From NCBI GenBank assembly GCA_963827165.1, contig CAWGZR010000005.1, forward strand, positions 416,001-480,000: a DNA stretch of 64,000 nt, given 5' to 3'. The stretch comes from Candidatus Bathyarchaeota archaeon. Its GTDB lineage: Archaea > Thermoproteota > Bathyarchaeia > Bathyarchaeales > Bathycorpusculaceae. The notes under the pieces were generated by a model. The model was not told where the DNA came from and ran no database searches. It saw only the letters and a program-made list of their open reading frames with translations. Positions 60,810 through 64,000 of this stretch are shown here, piece by piece. Every line of letters starts with the position of its first letter. The stretch's first letter is position 1. The position numbers and the translations under genes are program-made.

Positions 60810-61676
60810 ATGATAATTGATTTGCACATCCACTCCAGCGCCTCAGACGGAAAATTTACTGTTCAAGAAATTTTCGAGGAAGCAAAGAAACGAAACATTA
60901 GTTTCATGGCAATAACCGACCACGACTCAATCGGCTGCCAAACACAAGCCATCGCGGCCGCCAAGGAACAATCCATCAGTTACGTCAATGGGGTCGAGTT
61001 AAACGTAACCTTCGCACACCCTGAATACCACGAAGGCAAACCTGTTTCACTCGATTTTCTCGGGTACCAATACGACGCCTCGAATAAAGCGTTAGGAAAC
61101 AAGCTCGAAACAATGGCAAAATATAGGGAAGAAAGGGCAGGAAAAATCCTCGACAAACTAAATACTGAATTCAAGAAAGAAAGCATTCAAGCGTTAACAA
61201 AAGACGACCTTGGGAGAATTGAAGAGTCGGTTGATGGCGTACTCGGCAGACCCCATATCGCAGATTACTTGGTCAAGAAAAACATTGTAAAGACGCGTCA
61301 GGAAGCATTCGACAAGTACCTTGTTAAATGCGATGTGCCCAAATCCCCGCTTTATTTGGAAGAAGCATCAAAACTTGTTAGGGGCGCAGGCGGAAAACTG
61401 GTTTTAGCCCACCCTAATGACCCTCACGGAACTTCATTGGTTGCCTTAACTAAGTCTTTGGTTGAGCAAACGGAGATTATTGAGGAAAAAATGCTGCCGC
61501 ACCTGGACGGAGTGGAATGCTGGCATTCAAGAAACACAGAAGAAACAACAAGCCACTATGTTGCGTTCGCAAGTCAACAGGGGTTGATTATGACCGGCGG
61601 AAGCGACTGCCACCAAAAACCAGTTTTGATGGGCACAGTTAAAATTCCCGATTGGGTAGCTTACCAATTCTCTTAG
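60810..61676 (+). CDS. PHP-domain phosphoesterase (TrpH/YciV-like)
   Basis: DLHIHSSASDG, AITDHD, GRPHIA, LAHP, GGSDCH. Confidence 0.92.
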   Translation: MIIDLHIHSSASDGKFTVQEIFEEAKKRNISFMAITDHDSIGCQTQAIAAAKEQSISYVNGVELNVTFAHPEYHEGKPVSLDFLGYQYDASNKALGNKLETMAKYREERAGKILDKLNTEFKKESIQALTKDDLGRIEESVDGVLGRPHIADYLVKKNIVKTRQEAFDKYLVKCDVPKSPLYLEEASKLVRGAGGKLVLAHPNDPHGTSLVALTKSLVEQTEIIEEKMLPHLDGVECWHSRNTEETTSHYVAFASQQGLIMTGGSDCHQKPVLMGTVKIPDWVAYQFS

Positions 61677-61679
61677 GAG

Positions 61680-62687
61680 CTACATTTTTCTGGCGTACTC
61701 CGCTGACAGTTTGAAGTATGCTTGTGCATCTTTGACTGCTTCAGCTCTTTCTTTATCTTTGATGCTTGGGTCGTCAAGTTTGAACGAAATCACTTTTCCG
61801 CGGATATACGCGCGGTAGCATTTGTAGAAAGCAAGCAACTTTGTAAGGCCACGGTCTTTTGAATACTCTGTGTATTTTTCTATGAGGTAATCGGATAAGT
61901 CGGCTCTTTTTTGATAGTCAAGATCCATGGCTAAAAAGGCGATGTCTGAAGCCACGTCCGAGTATCTGAAGCGATCGTTGAATTCTATCGCGTCAAAGAT
62001 GCAGATTTTGTCAGTTATGAAGATATTTCCAGAATGTAAATCGCCGTGGCAATCCTTAATGTTTCCGTTTTTAATTCTTTCTTCGAAAAGCGCGTTATTG
62101 GTTTCCATAAAACTGCCGACCGTTTTCTGTATAAAATGGTATTCCGTCTGCGTGATTGCTTGGTCAATGTATTTTTTGGTTTGAGCGAAGTTTTCGTTCC
62201 AGTTGACCTTGATAATTTTAGAGGATCCGAACTCGGCTATTTCATTGCTGGTTTGGGCGTTTGAATGAAAATCCGCGATTATTTTTGCCAACGAGTCAAT
62301 CGTTTTTTTGTTCACTTTGTTTTCGCCTATGAGTTTCGTCATTATTGCTTCTTGGGGAAGACGTTTCATCTTTAATGCATATTCAACTGTTTCGCCATCG
62401 CCCTCTATCTTGATATTTGTTGACTTGTTAATTGTCACAACTTTAAGATAGATTTCGGGGCAAAGACGTCGATTTAGCTCCAACTCTTTTTCACAGAAGA
62501 AGCCACGTTTTTGCAATGTTGAGAAATCCAGAAACCCAAAGTTCACCGCTTTCTTGACCTTGTAAACATATTTTTCGGTTAGAAAGACAAAGGAGATATG
62601 GGTTTGGATCAGCTCGATTTTGCCTGGCCCTTCAGAGTAAGCGCCAGGTTTGAGGAGGGCGTCGACCACTTGCTTTTGGGTTTGCAT
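61680..62687 (-). CDS. Aminoglycoside-phosphotransferase-like kinase (N-terminal half of Rv2004c-type proteins)
   Basis: QTHISFVFL, YKVKKAV.FGFLDFSTL, CHGDLH, FDAIEFN, YRAYIRGKV. Confidence 0.85.
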   Translation of the reverse strand: MQTQKQVVDALLKPGAYSEGPGKIELIQTHISFVFLTEKYVYKVKKAVNFGFLDFSTLQKRGFFCEKELELNRRLCPEIYLKVVTINKSTNIKIEGDGETVEYALKMKRLPQEAIMTKLIGENKVNKKTIDSLAKIIADFHSNAQTSNEIAEFGSSKIIKVNWNENFAQTKKYIDQAITQTEYHFIQKTVGSFMETNNALFEERIKNGNIKDCHGDLHSGNIFITDKICIFDAIEFNDRFRYSDVASDIAFLAMDLDYQKRADLSDYLIEKYTEYSKDRGLTKLLAFYKCYRAYIRGKVISFKLDDPSIKDKERAEAVKDAQAYFKLSAEYARKM

Positions 62688-62873
62688 TATTGTGCTCTTC
62701 CTTTGAATTGTACAATTCAAGCAGCTTTCCAATAAAGGTAGAGTAGCTTTTTAAGAGGTTGCCTGATTACCGTATATTCTGGGGATGCAAAGTGGAGAAG
62801 GATAGGTTAGTTAAGGACCTAAAAAAAGCACTTTTGATGTATGGTTATTCAGCCAAAGTTTCAGAGCAAATTC

Positions 62874-63509
62874 TCAAGTGGTATTCTTAGGCGCTTGAAA
62901 ACTTTTCACGTATGCAAGGACCTCGTAGGCCTGTTCCTTGGAAATATGCTGTTCAGATAGAGATTTTACGAGATCAGAAACTTTAGCCAAAGCGTGCACT
63001 CTAAAGCCCAGTTTCTCCAAGTTTTCCTTGCCTCCCTGCTCCCGGTTAACAACTACAAGGAAATCTTTGACGACGCCCCCTAGTTCCTGAAGAGGCTTGA
63101 TACCTTCAATTTTGGATAGCCCCTCACTTATAACATCATCAAAGAAAAGTATTTTATCGCCTCTTTCTACGTCGGCGCCGGCAATTCTGCCCGTTACTCC
63201 ATAAGACTTATCCTCTTTCCGCACTATGATGCAAGGTAGATCAAGCTTACTGGCAATGCTTGGAACAATCAGCGCCCCCTTAAGCTCGATTGAGGCCAAC
63301 TTGTTTATTCCGTTGGCAACAACTATTTTCTTGGCCTGCTCAGCAGCGGCATCGACTACAATGCAAAGTTGCTGTGGCGCAGCCAAGAGACGGGCAAGGT
63401 CAATATAATATGGGCTCGTTGCACCCGACTTGATTTTGAAGTCCCCGAATTTTAGGCATCCTGACAGGTAGAGAGCGTTAGCCACTTTATCAATTGTGCT
63501 AGACGACAT
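62874..63509 (-). CDS. pyrE: Orotate phosphoribosyltransferase
   Basis: KFGDFKIKSGATSPYYIDL, VRKEDKSYG, FDDVISEG. Confidence 0.9.
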   Translation of the reverse strand: MSSSTIDKVANALYLSGCLKFGDFKIKSGATSPYYIDLARLLAAPQQLCIVVDAAAEQAKKIVVANGINKLASIELKGALIVPSIASKLDLPCIIVRKEDKSYGVTGRIAGADVERGDKILFFDDVISEGLSKIEGIKPLQELGGVVKDFLVVVNREQGGKENLEKLGFRVHALAKVSDLVKSLSEQHISKEQAYEVLAYVKSFQAPKNTT

Positions 63510-63579
63510 TTCATTTTCCTCAGGTGTGAATGTAAACTTCGAAATTTAACCCTTTATCCCACTCGAAAGGAGTATCCGG

Positions 63580-64000
63580 TTAAGCTACTAAATCTGCGAT
63601 ATCTACGCTGTGCTCGTAAATCTGTCTTAGGAAAGATGCTGTAGCCAAGATTTGAGGCATCAGATCCACCGAAGCCCTTTTCGCGACACTTTCAATGCTT
63701 GCCGAGGCCGCGTCAACTTCTACATGCATGCGGCGCACGCTTGCGGCTAAAGCGATGTCTTTTGTAACAAAAGACTTCAATGCTTGCTCATGAGCGCCGT
63801 AACAGATAGTTTCCAACTCAACAAGTAACTTTTGTAGCTCGCCCGAAAATTTATGTCCGTTTAACGCAATGGCTTTTGAGGCAACTTGCACGCATGCGTC
63901 GCCGATTCCTTCGATCAAACTCGCAGCTAAACGGTAATCTAAGCATTCAATCGGCGTTATCCCGAGCTTCTCATTTAATCTTGGATTCTGAATTATAGTC
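63580..64000 (-). CDS. PhoU-family phosphate uptake regulator (5' part outside window)
   Basis: Frame open to window edge: ECLDYRLAASLIEGIGD...LRQIYEHSVDIADL. Confidence 0.82.
   Translation of the reverse strand, partial: TIIQNPRLNEKLGITPIECLDYRLAASLIEGIGDACVQVASKAIALNGHKFSGELQKLLVELETICYGAHEQALKSFVTKDIALAASVRRMHVEVDAASASIESVAKRASVDLMPQILATASFLRQIYEHSVDIADLVA

Overview
Archaeal chromosomal segment, most likely Bathyarchaeia (inferred from gene content and protein style: class I LysRS, S6e/aIF2-gamma/Rpo7/Spt4/S24e/S27ae, L3-L4-L23-L2-S19, LysW, Fae-Hps, tungsten oxidoreductase). Mostly housekeeping and metabolic genes, plus tRNA-Glu(UUC) and an intron-containing tRNA-Ser(CGA). The most unusual signal is a non-coding composite repeat present twice in inverted orientation (about 23210-23545 and 35495-36070). 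It is built of modules in which a 10-bp-period array is followed by a conserved ~95-bp A/C-rich segment, and the decamer differs between modules. Other notable items: an aconitase/IDH/ATP-citrate-lyase operon, a Fae-Hps with an N-terminal HTH, a WOR5-type tungstoenzyme pair, an Ahb/NirJ-like radical SAM enzyme with a 350-aa N-terminal extension, a split APH-like/AAA kinase pair around a PHP gene, back-to-back remnants of an integrase and a family B polymerase, several unannotated microproteins, and an islet next to tRNA-Ser. All family assignments come from motif recognition by eye and recalled knowledge; no searches were run.
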